NCBI RefSeq assembly: GCF_032062105.1
Contig: NW_026918140.1
Span: 1 to 64,000 of the forward strand
Reading direction: 5' to 3'
Source: Saccostrea cucullata
Taxonomy: Eukaryota
Length of the DNA stretch: 64,000 nt
Shown here: in pieces, positions 37,361 through 50,740 of the stretch
Numbering within the stretch: the first letter of the stretch is position 1
Layout of the letters: the number at the start of each line of letters is the position of its first letter
The notes under the pieces: generated by a model
What the model was told of the DNA's origin: nothing
Database searches by the model: none
Seen by the model: the letters and a program-made list of their open reading frames with translations, nothing else
Translations under genes and position numbers: made by a program

Positions 37361-39269
37361 ATTTCAGTGATAATGTCTAATTAGTGCACCATCAAGCTAA
37401 ATTGAATGCTCATATAAATAAATATTTTTTTTTTATTCTAATTGAAATGGGGACTTCAGTGGTTCATAAACTAAATGCGATTGAAGGTAGTGTCTTTGAG
37501 AAATAAAACAATAAATAACAACACTGACAGACACATAATTAGCCGCCGGTTATCACAGGATAACAATATGATTCATAAAATTGTAGAATTTTATATATGT
37601 GCCAAAAGGTGAATCTCTTTTTAACAAAATCCAGTGAGTCAACAAATTTTTCAGTGTCTAACACAAAATGTTGCCTTAATGAGTTGTAGGAGGAATATAT
37701 TATTTCAAGGATTCCCTAGGTTTTTTTTTTTTAATTTCTAATGTTGAAATCATTCTATTTATTATCACTGCTTTTTGTTTAAATCTGTAATTATATTATG
37801 ATTTAGAATCCGAATCTTATTCGATTCCTAACGCAAGGTCTCAATGAAAAGCTCATTTCATTACATCGACAAGATAACTACTTGGAATGATAATGAATAT
37901 TTTAAAGATATTTAAAATTGTTTCTAATGTCCTAAAACATATTAAAATAAATAAAAACAAAAATCCAACACCTTTGGAAAACAAATTTAAGATATTTTGT
38001 TTTAGATAATTGACTGAATGAAACAAGAAAACATAAATTTTCAGCAAAGTTAATTTTTTGACATGTTTATCAATTTTGGGAGAAAAAACTTTATAAATTC
38101 TGCAAAAATATGCTTTTTGTCTTCATGTAAATTCTTCACTTATAATATTCACACCTTACTATGTTAATAATCAGAACGCAAGTTTCTCATATGGACACTT
38201 TTGACCCCTGAATTACTGAAGAAAACAAAAGCTGTTTTGTTACGTAATTAAATAACAGATAGAGTGTCGTGATGAATTGAAATGGTATGGAAACCCCAGG
38301 TCATAAAAAAACTTAACTCTTAATTAGAATTTCATTAAGATAGTACACTCAGAATAGATAATGTCATTAAGTATAGAAACCACAAGCTAATAAATAAATA
38401 TCGGTTAATCAAAATTAATGCAAGATTAGAGCAGAAAATTATATTGTGATAATTAACACAGTTGCTTTAATTATCATTGCATATTTTAAAAGAAAAATTG
38501 AGCATTAGGGCTTAAAATATATTCTGTGTCAATCGAACAATTAGATTTTGTCAAACAAATGTTTTTAGACAACCAAAATGAAAATGAAACAGGATTTTAA
38601 TGAATTATCAATATATATTTTTGAGGAAAAAATAACATCATGATTTGATTGGTAGAACTTTTGCAATTAAGAAAATGCTTAGGGAATTGTCCTTACACAA
38701 GAAGCTTAGATAGTCCTTAAAGAAAACGAAGTAGAGAAGAAATTTTGAATATCTCCAACATATTGCCAACTAGAATTATTTATTTAATTCTGTAACCTTT
38801 ATTGTAAAGGATCTTATGTTTGAAAAGCTTTCAGAGAGTACGATCTTCGTGTGATTTTTTGAATCTCCTAGCTAACAGAAAAATTTTAATTTATATCAGG
38901 AAAACAAAAATTTAATCCCTCACCTGATTAAGATTGAAACCTGTTCGCACCTGTTTGTTAATAAAAAAGAGAAAGATTGTAATAAATTAACATGACAAAT
39001 GAAAAACAAGATATCAAAAATCAAATTTTGAATTATTGTAAAAATTAATAATTTTTAGATTGTGTTTTAATAAGTTTCATCGATGAAATATTTACATTTA
39101 ATAATTAGATAGGGTATGCGCGTCTTGACAAAGGGCTAAATAATGAGTCTGTTTAATTGAAGTATTTTCCATGAATTACTGATGCACGTAACGTATTACA
39201 GAAAAAGGTATTTTCCGTAGTTGAATTTCAAATTTGACGATTTTAAGAAATGAATGAAAGATAGTGAAA

Positions 39270-40640
39270 TAACTCAAAATTCCATTTTATAATGCAAATC
39301 TGAGCAGAGTAAAAACAGATTTCCAAAAAAACAAATCAGGGGTTGGATCAGGTGCCATGGAGGAGTGAACACCCCCTGCTGGTCACACACGCCGTATGCT
39401 CCTTGTCATAAATGGGAAATAACGGAAAAATCAGTCGACAATTCAGTGTGTTTATCATGGCCTAACAGTTGGTTTAAAAAAAAAACTTCATCAAGCATTT
39501 GACTTAATGATAAATTGTATTTGCTGACAAGGTAATTGCATCGACCAAAGCACTTACGAAATGATTACTTTAAACTAGAATGCTAATATATTTTTTTCAG
39601 CAATATGTCTGGCTATAATTTACCTCGTATTTGACATTGCTTATACGTACATCATGTTCTTGCGTATCGAATCAACTGAGAGATACAAACCCCGTATGCA
39701 GGTGATGAAAGTATATTGTTGCATTAGTAAGAAAGTTGATGATTGAAAGTTAAAGTCATCACTTTTATCTCTAAGCTTGTTAGTAAATAACTAGTAACGT
39801 TTTTGAGTGGAAATCTAAAATTGAAAGAAATGTTTTGAAGTCAAGATCTGTGGTATCTTTTAATTCATCCTCACCGGGATATTTCGTGTCGACATAAGAA
39901 TCGAAATAACCATTGTTAATTAGCAATACGTCACTGATATATCTGAATATTGAGTTAAAGTCCACAGTAATCCACAGTTTTCATCTTTTCTCGTAAAAGG
40001 TTTATGACAAATTCTGCTTAATATGAATTTCAAAAATATGCCAATTAATAAGGAGATGCAATTGGTACCCAGTGGAATTCCAAAAGAGCCACCATCTATA
40101 AAACAATCATTTTAACCTGGTCTCTAAAAACACATAGATATTGTCAGTCAGAAACTCGAGCATCTTTTTAATATCAACTTCAGAGTGTACTTCTGTGAAC
40201 AAGCAGATTGTTTTATAGTAAAATAATTTTGCAAATGACCAATGACGAGGTAATAAGTTTACAAGTTCCATTTTATTTTTAAAGTCATTTGTTAATGGTA
40301 TCAAAAAGTCTAGACTTTAATTTACCGCGAGGAATGGTGGTGTACAATAATGAAAGTCATAAGTTTTTATGCTGTTTATTTTGGTATAATTTTGTGATTT
40401 CAATTTTAACTTTTTCCAAAAATTGCTTTGAATCTTAAGTATAAATATCCAATTAGCACGACTTCTCAAATACATTTTTGCACAGTACTTCTGATTTTTT
40501 TTCTGCACAATTGTTAATACTTTAGTTAGGTGTAAAGAAAGAGGCTTGGTATGTCATTTACTGGAACCCGCTTTGTATCAGTTTTTGTAAGGAGTTTCAG
40601 AATCCATTATAGATTTGGTAATTTAAATTCATTCTGGTTA
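39270..40640 (-). mobile_element. Naiad-type PLE RT remnant
   Basis: FRYISDVL.INN, GIPLGTNC, INSIKTYDF and EVDIKKMLEFL remnants, plus the 3' motif. Confidence 0.78.
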
Positions 40641-40739
40641 TAAGAATATCAGCTAGGGCCTGGACACACTGATCATGTAATCTTTCGAAATAATTTTTCC
40701 CCTTCTGAATAACGATATAAAGTAACTTGTAAAATGACT

Positions 40740-41150
40740 TTCTATGTCAATGCATGATCACAAGTAAAACCGTGTGAAATATTGGTATGACCAGTATTTC
40801 CTGTATAAATTAAATGCACCGTCTCAATATGGATTCCTTAGAAAATGCTATACAGCCAAAGATTGAATTATGAAATATTCCATTTGAGCAATAGATTTAG
40901 TTCCAATGTATATATATTACATATTTTTAAGAGTGCACCTTGTTGAATTGATAATAATTTACTGTTGGAGAATGACGAAGCCTCATACGTCAGCATAGAG
41001 GATAGATCTGAGCGTTTGAAATTTATGGTCAAGAATTTATGATGCCGATAGCTAAATTGATAAAATGATCTAAACCAACTCGTTTCTATATTGGTTCTGC
41101 ACTTCATAATGCCTTCATCGTCCGGATTACAAAGAAATTGTTCAAAGACC
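40740..41150 (+). other. Unidentified block homologous to 52590-52915; probable decayed coding sequence
   Basis: Paired translations DEASYVSIEDR/DEDSYVTVENT, IYDADS/IYDADS, TRFYIGSALHNAFIVRITKKLFK/TCLYIDSALHNVVILRVTEKLFK; both copies have stops. Confidence 0.5.
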
Positions 41151-41537
41151 CCCCTCTCTCTTAAAGTTTATAAGACGCTAAAGAATTTTTCTGCTTTATT
41201 TTACGTTCTCTTCTGTTCAAAAGATTAATTAAAAACGTTCTAAGCAATTTTATACATGCGGAGATTTTGACTAAGAACCTGATGTTTAATTTTATGATTT
41301 TATTGTAAATGGGAAAGTGGAGTGGATGCTTATAATATCTATGGCACGCCAAATTCACAGAAAATGAACTAANNNNNNNNNNNNNNNNNNNNNNNNNNNN
41401 NNNNNNNNNNNNNNNNNNNNNNNNNNNNNNNNNNNNNNNNNNNNNNNNNNNNNNNNNNNNNNNNNNNNNNNNNNNNNNNNNNNNNNNNNNNNNNNNNNNN
41501 NNNNNNNNNNNNNNNNNNNNNNNNNNNNNNNNNNNNN

Positions 41538-42514
41538 CAATTTTTAATACTCGGTTACTCGAACGTTTTTCTGATCGAGTACCCGGGTACTCGGTAAAAG
41601 TGTAAATAAATAAGAACAAGTAAATTGATGAATATAAAACTTTGTAAACTCTAAGACTTATAGAAATAAAACCACATGCTCTGATAGGATGTTTACCCGT
41701 AAATGCATAACAATGATGAGCACTTCGTGCCCGACGAAATTTAATACAACACTTTTTAAAGTTCAGTTTATTTATCAGATAAACACAAGAAATAAAATCG
41801 TTAGTGGTTCATGGTGTTTTTGTTTCAAAAAAAAAATCTGCTCCATAATTGTAATGTGTCTTTGTTGCGGTTGACGTCCGGGTATCAGTCGTACAGTTTG
41901 ACTTGAACTTAACCAAGTTCTAAAAGAGCGGATAAATTTACGATTTTCGTATACTTTTCGATCCTAGATTTTATAATATTACGGGACGGTATTTTGTAGT
42001 TTGGTGCAACGATTGACATCAGTTTTTTTAAAGCCTTTGCCTTCGACCATTTGTAAATGCATTAAACACATCCATCATCAACAATCGCGCGTGTGATATC
42101 ATCTGTCTTTTTTCCCGAGAATTTACGGCTTTTCGGAGAATTGACAAAATTATCTTATTTATTTAATTATAACAAATCTTAAACGATGTTCAGTGAAAAC
42201 AAATAATTAAAACAAAGCAAAAAATAAGGGTAGAAGACAGCCGGAGGTGAGATAAGCTAGGTAACAGGTCACGGTAATTACTGTATAAACACTGCCATGG
42301 GCGATAACGGTCATTTAGAGGAGTAGGAAACCCTAATTACTGTAGGTACAAGTACAATGAGAATTTCAAGTTTTAAAACAGATTGTTTAATGCATAAATA
42401 AAAAGGCTTAGAAATATTCAAAAATATACGTCCGAGTAACCGAGTACCGATTTTAGTATTCGATACTCGGACGTTCGATCGAGTACCCGGTTAACCGAGT
42501 ACTCGTTGACATCC

Positions 42515-42517
<3 letters not shown>
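41538..42517. mobile_element. Non-autonomous DNA transposon (hAT-like end); left terminus probably in the N gap
   Basis: Subterminal actcg/cgagt repeats at both ends; the right end catcccta is the reverse complement of TAGGGATG. Confidence 0.55.

Positions 42518-42593
<76 letters not shown>
42518..42593. repeat. (TA)n microsatellite
   Basis: Directly visible. Confidence 0.95.
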
Positions 42594-42596
<3 letters not shown>

Positions 42597-42671
42597 AATC
42601 TTAAACGATGTTCAGTGAAAACAAATAATTAAAACAAAGCAAAAAATAAGGGTAGAAGTATATATATATAT

Positions 42672-43065
42672 ATACAATCTCGAAGTTCTTAAAACAATAC
42701 AAAATAGCAGAGCAAACACGGACCCCCGAAACATCAGAGGTGGGATCAGGTGCCATGGAGAAGTGAGCAGTAAGCAGTTGGCTGTCGTATCTTAAATTCC
42801 ACAAGACCTAAAAAAAAATGTAAAGAAAAGCCGTATAGATATCAATTTTTTTTAAGATTAAAAATTATTTATGAAAATAAAACACATAATTTGTGAATAT
42901 TTTTTAAACTGTTTTAACAAAATTATTTTGCAAATGACCAATGACGAGGTAAGTAAATTTACGAGTTCCATTTTTATTGAAGAAGCAGCTGTCAATGATA
43001 TCAAAAAGCCTGGATTTTAATTTGTCGTGGGGAATTGTTGTGTATAAAGTTGAAAAGTCGTAAGT
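42672..43065 (-). mobile_element. Naiad-type PLE fragments
   Basis: 3' motif at 42700-42770; RT piece (TYDFSTLYTTIPHDKLKSRLFDII) at 42920-43065. Confidence 0.7.
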
Positions 43066-43475
43066 TTAGTTTACGAATGCTAATCTAAGTTTATCTGTAA
43101 TAAAACGTTAACAATAGATTTTGTTGATAAACATAGTTCACGTCTGTAAACTATAACTTACAATCGTGAACTATAGTTAAGAGTTGTTAATCATAGCTTC
43201 ACAAATCGTGAAACTATATTTATCAGATCATTAACTATAATTAAAAGTTGTAAACCATAGTTTACAAATCTTGAAATTGTAGTTATCAGATAATCTGTTT
43301 TGCAATCGCACATGATTGTTTTCAGTGTTAAGTATAGTTTACGGTTTTGAAATATAGATTATTGCGTTAACTATGGTTTACAAATGCAAGATAAAGATTA
43401 ACGTTATTAACTGTAGTTTACAGTCCGTAAACTATAGTTCACAACCGATAAACCTAGTTTACAGATTGTGAAACA
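43066..43475. repeat. Degenerate ~21-22 bp minisatellite (aaactatagtttacaaatcgt-like)
   Basis: Recurrent aactatagtttaca variants. Confidence 0.65.
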
Positions 43476-43881
43476 ATGTTTAGCTTTTTTTTGTGAATTT
43501 GGTTTGCCATAGATATCATTATTTCTTCATTTTATTTCCAAAGATGCTAGCGCACTAACAAACGTTGATCCCTAAATGTAGTTGTCAATGCTCCGTTGCA
43601 ATGTAAGTTAATAATTTCCCTGTCCAACAAAAACAACAAACAAACAAAAAATAACAGAAAACGAAAACATAAAGCGGACAAAATACATGACGTTAGAAGT
43701 AAATAGATTGAAATAAATAAATAAATAAAAAATCCTGCTGCAGTATTTGAATGAATTCTGTTTCACATGAATATAGAATATGTCTGTTAAAAAAGGAATT
43801 GAGAAAAGATTTTTTTTGCATCTTAAGCCATTTTTAACAATTGAAGACAATGTCAAAGAGAACTGATTTCATTCACAAATT

Positions 43882-44114
43882 GCCCGCGTGGCGCAGTGGT
43901 TAGAGCGTGTGCTCTAGAGTCGCGAAGTAAGGAGTCAATCCCTACGTCGCGGGTTCTAATCTCACTTTTGGACGTGGAGACCAGTCCTTTGGATGAGACT
44001 GTACAAAGCGAGGTCCCGTGTCGCAGTAGGTGCTGGCACGAAAAAATCCCTTACTTTTCAATGAGTTAAAAATTTTCGCTAGGGACGTTAAAGAACAATC
44101 AATCAATCAATCAA
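43882..44114 (+). mobile_element. tRNA-derived SINE with V-domain-like core and (CAAT)n tail
   Basis: A box tggcgcagtgg, B box ggttctaatc, core ggatgagactgt..gaggtcccgtg, tail caatcaatc, TSD tcacaaatt (43873-43881, 44115-44123). Confidence 0.8.
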
Positions 44115-44194
44115 TCACAAATTTATACACATGTTAGAAATTTTGTTTCATATCTAAAATTATTTTGATTTTTTGTTTTGAAAAATTGACTTAA

Positions 44195-44460
44195 GTTAGT
44201 TCTCCGTTAATGGTCTTTGAATTTTTCACTCATATGGAGACGCCAATTGCCGACTGAGATCTAAAATGTTGTTTTATGCTCGGCACCTAGGGCCAATTTG
44301 AGCAGTGAGGTATCTTTTTCGTGCCAGCACCTACTGCAACACGGGAGATCGGTTTATACCGACTCATCCGAAAGACCAGTCTCCACGTCCCACTGTGGGG
44401 TTCGAACCCACGACGTAAGGATTGGTTCCTAGGGCAGACGCTCTAACCACTACGCCACGC
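44195..44460 (-). mobile_element. tRNA-derived SINE, same family, opposite orientation
   Basis: Reverse complement gives gcgtggcgtagtggttagagcg..gggttcgaaccc..ggacgtggagactggtctttcggatgag. Confidence 0.78.
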
Positions 44461-44461
44461 A

Positions 44462-46693
44462 GGTGTAACGTTGAATATTGACCCCGGTTGAAAATTGACA
44501 CGGGGTTCATTTTTCAACGTTGAATATTGAACCAGGGGTGTTTTTTCTCCGTGGAAAATTGAGACCAAAAGTCGTTGAATTTTTACCAAGGGTCATTTTT
44601 CAACAGCTTGATATTTTTTTTCTTTTCCCCGATGACCTCAACAAGTTGAAAATAGACCCTGTTGAATATTGACCCTACCTAAGAATTTTAACACTTTTTG
44701 AACTGGGAAGTTGTTTTACGGGATTTATCAGTGTCTCTATATTTATATTTCGGTTTCAATTTCTTTCCCCTTTTCAAGAATAATAGAAATATACCTATCA
44801 TCCCGCATATATGTGTACTTTTGATCAGTTCACGATTTCAGTTATCTTCAACAATGACAACTTTATCTTTTGACAATACGTTCTAAAACCAACGTTAACA
44901 TCCGTAAATAACTACATAACTATGAATAGGGCATAAAATAACAATCCTGGAAATCTAGCTGGTTTCCTGAAAGTGAGCCCTATATAATTCAGTATAAAAA
45001 TTAACAAAATTAAAAGCCTGAAAATCAAATTGAATCCAATGAAAGGTTATATTTGTGAAAAGATCAATATTGTGACTATAACATGTAAATAATGCTGACT
45101 TGAAACAAGGTTGGTAAAATCCCCGTAACAAACTTATCTGTCAGTAGCCTACCTCGGCCTAAAAATCAATCGTTTTCGGAGTATAACCTTGAGAATGAGA
45201 ACTAGAGTTAGAGTCTGGGATGGACGTTTTTATGTAAACAACTAAAAANNNNNNNNNNNNNNNNNNNNNNNNNNNNNNNNNNNNNNNNNNNNNNNNNNNN
45301 NNNNNNNNNNNNNNNNNNNNNNNNNNNNNNNNNNNNNNNNNNNNNNNNNNNNNNNNNNNNNNNNNNNNNNNNNNNNATCAAAGCCCTCTGAAATTTTGTG
45401 ACAAAAACCATAAACAAAATAAATAAACGAAACCAATTAACAAAGAAGCAAACAAAATGTGGAAAGGGAAACTAGCCATTGTTGAAAACCATTACGTAGC
45501 ACCGAGAAAGTCACGACCTACTGAAAGTCCAAAGATAGGGTAAAATACTCCTAAAAGGGTGTGATCTCCCTTTTTTGGGATTAGTACGATACATATTTGA
45601 AGAATGTGTTGTGTTTTTTTCAAATCCAAAATTCTCAGACTCAGCAGTCGTCATAAATAAAGTTGAGAAAAATAAAAATACCTTAAACTCTTTTATTCTC
45701 AAATTTTCGGTGCCACGTAATGGTTTTCAACAATGGCTAGTTTCCCTTTCTACATTTTGTTTGCTTATTGGTTTCGTTTATTTATTTTGTTTATGGTTTT
45801 TGTCACAAAATTTCAGAGGGTTTTGATACAACTCCGCCTCCGAAAAAAACTCTATGATCCTCTCTCTCTCTCTCTCTCTCTCTGTTTCTTTGAAATGGAA
45901 TGCGATTTTTAGTTGTTTACATAAAAACGTCCATCCCAGACTCTAACTCTAGTTCTCATTCTCAAGGTTATACTCCGAAAACGATTGATTTTTAGGCCGG
46001 GGTTAGTTCTACTGACAGATAAGTTTGTTACGGGGATTTTACCAACCTTGTTTCAAGTCAGCATTATTTACATGTTATAGTCACTATATTGATCTTTTCA
46101 CAAATATAACCTTTCATTGGATTCATTTTGATTTTCAGGCTTTTAATTTTGTTAATTTTTATACTGAATTATATAGGGCTCACTTTCAGGAAACCAGCTA
46201 GATTTCCAGGATTGTTGTTTTATGCCCTATTCATAGTTATGTAGTTATTTACGGATGTTAACGTTGGTTTTAGAACGTATTGTCAAAAGATAAAGTTGTC
46301 ATTGTTGAAGATAACTGAAATCGTGAACTGATCAAAAGTACACATATATGCGGGATGATAGGTATATTTCTATTATTCTTGAAAAGGGGAAAGAAATTGA
46401 AACCGAAATATAAATATAGAGACACTGACAAATCCCGTAAAACAACTTCCCAGTTCAAAAAGTGTTAAAATTCTTAGGTAGGGTCAATATTCAACAAGGT
46501 CTATTTTCAACTTGTTGAGGTCATCGGGGAAAAGAAAAAAATATCAAGCTGTTGAAAAATGACCCTTGGTAAATATTCAACGACTTTTGGTCTCAATTTT
46601 CCACGGAGAAAAAACACCCCTGGTTCAATATTCAACATTGAAAAATCAACCCCGGGTCAATTTTCAACCGGGGTTAATATTCAACGTTACACC
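44462..46693. mobile_element. Foldback-type element with ~1-kb inverted arms and ~200-bp spacer
   Basis: 44462-45248 is the reverse complement of ~45905-46693, and 45377-45505 of ~45703-45828. Termini ggtgtaacgttgaatatt. Internal ttgaa(a/t)attgacc subrepeats. Confidence 0.85.
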
Positions 46694-47256
46694 GGCGACT
46701 CTTAACATCGATGGAAACTCTGCAATTTTCATATCATATGGAGATTAATTTTCTTAAGAACATTATTTTACCTTAAACTTTTGAAAATGGCATATCAAAA
46801 GAATAGTAGTTGATTTGCAATCTGCATTTAATGTAAACATTACCACGGTCATGAGATCAGTTTACATAATGGGCGTTTTGACTTCAGATGCATTCAAAGT
46901 TTGTCATTTAAGTCTCGAATGCCCATTAAAAAATTCATTAAAGTTTGTCATAAAACAAATGAATCGAATGAATTTTGATTTTGAGTGTTTGTTCAAATTT
47001 CAAAATATCAAACATTTTTTACCATGATTCTGAAAAACTACAGTGCAAGATTCATGAAAATCCTTTATTTCTTCTAAATATTGTTGTACAGGAATCCAGA
47101 TAGTGGTTTCATTTTTTCTAAAGGAGAGAAATTAAAAAAAATAGGAAAAATGTATTATCCTTTATAAATTTAACATTTTATATATTATTCCTCATACTAG
47201 TGTCCAAAACATGCACAGACGTGTAGTACTGAGAATTTTGTATATCATAGCTTATG

Positions 47257-47480
47257 CTATTGTATATGTGTGCATACATCTTTTGGCTTATATCGAATTT
47301 CAGAGTGAACTGTGTTGTTATGGTGGGAATTAAGTACATATTCTGGACACTGGAACTGAAATTGTTTACCATAAATTTCTGGATCCACCTCGAAATCCGA
47401 GTCTGTTTTTTTCCTTAGACTCCGTGAAAATCAGTGTTTAGGACAAATAGAAGAAATTGTTAGACAATATGATAACAAGA
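47257..47480 (-). pseudogene. Decayed exon 1 of a fifth chitin-binding paralog (closest to paralog 3)
   Basis: TDSDFEVDPE..GKQFQFQCPEYVLN aligns with paralog 3 TDLDFRVDPE..GHEFLFKCPEDYVIN. There is no in-frame ATG and no downstream exons were found. Upstream 47595-47800 is homologous to 36420-36620. Confidence 0.7.
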
Positions 47481-47891
47481 GATCAAGAAAACAAGAGAAT
47501 AGTCTTTCAAATGAATGACTGGAACATGATAATTAATTTTGGCACTAGTTAATATAGTTATACGTGAATAAATTGCGAGTGAATGGCTGGTACGAAAGGC
47601 GTGTTAAATGCAAATAAATGATTATTGTTTATCAAGTGAGTAGATGATACTTTACAAAGAGAAACAGAGGAAAGGTATGGCTAAATGTTCATTTTCTTTC
47701 ATTGGGAAGGGCATCTTCAAATTCCGATTCAGCAAACGTTGGACCTTGAATAGCAGTTAAGGAATTTAGGGTGGTATTTTTTACTGGCACGAATTTGGCA
47801 TGTTAGAAAAGTTTTAAATTCTTTACTTTTCTCTTAATTCGACCGAACAGTGTGAGACTAAATCTTAATTTCATAATTAATGTCTACAAGT

Positions 47892-48456
47892 AACAAGTTG
47901 TGTTTGTGAAACACTGATGCCATCTGATGGCATCTTATGACGAGGGTTGAATTTTCTCAATGTATTTAAAACTCTAAAGGTCAAGGTCAAAGGGTCAGAA
48001 TTGTTGTTATCCAAAGGGATGTCTCGTCACAAAGAACACATCTATGAAATATGAAAGCCCTAGTTCTAACTGTTAAGAAATTTTGGTCATGTTTAAAAAT
48101 TTTAAAGTGGGTCTATCTCTACGGTCAAGGTCAAAAGGTAAAAAATGTTTATACCCACTGAAATTAATTGTCACAATGAATACACATGTGAAGTACGAAA
48201 GTCCTAGCAGCAACTATTTAAACGTTATGACAAAGATTTAAAAGTGATTGTTTTTTTTTGTAAAAGTGGATCAAACTCCAAGATCAAATTTGGTGGTATT
48301 CAGAGAGAGGTCTTCTCAAATGGTATAAACACGTGAAATATAAAAGCCCTACCCACTCATAAGTTTTGAGCAAAATTAAACCTTTTGCAGACAGTCAGAT
48401 AAAAACACAGCCAGGGCAAAATCTATATTCCCCAAATCTTCCATAACCTGGCAATA
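47892..48456 (-). mobile_element. Probable Helentron-like non-autonomous element with ~140-bp internal repeats
   Basis: Recurring ggtcaaggtca and gtgaaatatgaaagccctag units; terminal aacaag..gtgtttgtgaaacac hairpin. Confidence 0.5.
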
Positions 48457-48699
48457 AAAATGATCATTGCTCATATTGACCGATCATAAATGTGTTCAAT
48501 GATACTCGGAAAAGAGGAATAACTCTTATTAAAACATTAAACTTTATTATCATATTAAGAATAAGGCATGAAAACTGTTACAAAGGTCCAATATCTAATT
48601 CAAAGATTAAAAATACAAATAAAACTGTATTAGACCTAGGCTGTAATTATATAGAAACTTTCAAATACATGTATGCAGGGTTTTTTTATATGTCAGTTT

Positions 48700-49892
48700 T
48701 GAATATTTTTAATATCCAAAACAACCAAAATCAATTTGAATTACCGCATCTGTATTGAATTCAGAAACTTCATAAAAATCCTTGCAAACAGATGCATAGC
48801 AGATTCCAGTATATGTTCAACAGACGACAGAGCCTAATTCTTTACTCCTCACTAAGATATTGACTGTAGTGAAGAAAAAACAATTCAAGCGTACTGTGCA
48901 ACAATATATTCTTGTTGTGGTGCAAGTCAGATGTGGATATTATAAAATTCCAAAAAAACGTTTGGAAAATTTGAAATGACAAGACTTTATTATAATCAAC
49001 AGCTTAAAAATTAACGACTTTTGAACTTTATACACAATCAATTCTAACGATAAATTAAAGTCCAGGCTGTTTGTTATCATTTACAGCTGCTTTTTGATAA
49101 AAATGGAACCCGAAAATTTATTTTCCTTGTCATTGGTTATTTGCAAATTTATTTTAAAAACATCGTGATCGTACACACAAGTACTCTGAAGTTGACATAA
49201 AAAAGATGCTCGAGATTCTAATTGACAATTTCTATGGGGTCAATGGAGACCAGGTTTTCCAACAATCTATTGGAATCCCCACGGGTACCATTTGCGCCCT
49301 GTTATAAACAGACCTAGTTTTGTATTCATATGAAACAGAATTCGTCCAAAATCTTATAAGTGGTAAGAAGAAAACAAGCTCTATGATAAACGTTATGACT
49401 TTACCATTTCTATCGTCAAGATCCCTTACTTATGCAGCAATATACCTTCATCACCAGCATACACATTTTATATATCTCAGTTGATTCGATACGCAAGAGC
49501 ATGCTCTACGTATGAACATTTTCTAAAACGAGGTAAATCATTGACAAGAAAGGTGATGAAACAAGAATATAAGCAGTCTCGTTTATAGTCATCATTTATT
49601 AATTTCTTTGGTTGATATAATTACCTTGTCGGCAAATATAATTTATCACGAAGTAAGATGCTGACTGACGTGTTTCATACTAATTGACATTATTTATACA
49701 CTGAATTGACGACGGATGTTTCCTGATCATGACAAAAAGCCTATGGCAGATGTGACCGGTCGGAATAGGATGCTCACTCCTCAATGGCACCTGATCCCAC
49801 CTCTAATTTTTTGGAGAAACGTGTTTGCTCTGCTCCTGTTTTGTATTTTTTATTGACTTTTGATCTTGAATACTGTTTGTTATCTCCATATG
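48700..49892 (+). mobile_element. Naiad-type PLE RT remnant with 3' end
   Basis: QMWI, FQQSIGIPTGTICA, YSYETEF and YISQLIRYARACS remnants, plus the 3' motif. Confidence 0.8.
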
Positions 49893-50209
49893 TTCCATCC
49901 TATATTGGATAAAAAATTTAAATAGAATCAAGTTAATTCGGCTTTTTACAAACTCGGGTCTGCAGTAAACTATAGGAAACTGTAAGCGCACAAATAACAA
50001 GTAGAGGGTTTGTGAGTAGTTAGCTCACAATTAAAATCATGCACCATCCCATGTGATTTTAATGGCACACTCCATAGCCTGCTCTGGAAAAATCCTAAAG
50101 GAGTGTCAGATCAAAAAGTAAAATAGGACGTGTACAATGTTATAAAGAATCTTTGAAAGTATCCTTTGAATTTTATTTATTACTGTTATAGGAGGAGTTT
50201 ACAGTTTAT

Positions 50210-50470
50210 ACAAAAAAGGAGTAGAGCAAACACGGACCTCCAAAACAACAAGGTGGGATCAGGTGCCTTGGAGGAGTGAGCATCCCCTGCCAACAGGTCA
50301 CACCCACCGTGTGCGCCTTGTCATAATCAGGAAATAACGGAAAAATCCAGTAAAACGTCAGTCAATATAAATTGTATTTTCTGACAAGGTCATTGTATCT
50401 ATCATAGAACATACGAAATGATGAATTAAACGAGACTGCTGATATAATTCTTGTTTCATCACATTGTCAA
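50210..50470 (-). mobile_element. Naiad-type PLE 3' fragment
   Basis: Family 3' motif. Confidence 0.72.
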
Positions 50471-50499
50471 TAATTTAAATTAAGAAAATTAAAGAAAAA

Positions 50500-50740
50500 A
50501 TGTTTGCCATGGAAAACCCAAAATATATGTCATATCAAAAAGTAAAAGAGGAGGTACATAATGACACTGTTTTATAAAGATTCTGTGAAAGTCTTATTAA
50601 ATTTCATTCAGTGGTACAGAAATTAAAAGTTGCGAATAAGAGATAAGTACCCCAATGACGGACGGACGTGTAGACAGACAGACAGACGGATGGACACCCC
50701 AATCATTATATACCATCGTGTTTTTCAAGCGGGATATAAA
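50500..50740 (-). mobile_element. HINE fragment, same family as 36980-37305
   Basis: gattctgtgaaagt..aaatttcattcagtggta and a (GGAC/AGAC)n microsatellite. Confidence 0.6.

Noticed and set aside
43066-43475. CRISPR-like array
   Set aside because: Eukaryotic degenerate minisatellite with no unique spacers or cas genes.
43882-43975. tRNA gene
   Set aside because: It has A/B boxes but no clean cloverleaf, and continues into a SINE core, tail and TSD.
44698-46458. Identical 62-aa ORFs on opposite strands (44698-44886 and 46270-46458)
   Set aside because: They result from the foldback inverted arms, start at TTG and have no recognisable domain.
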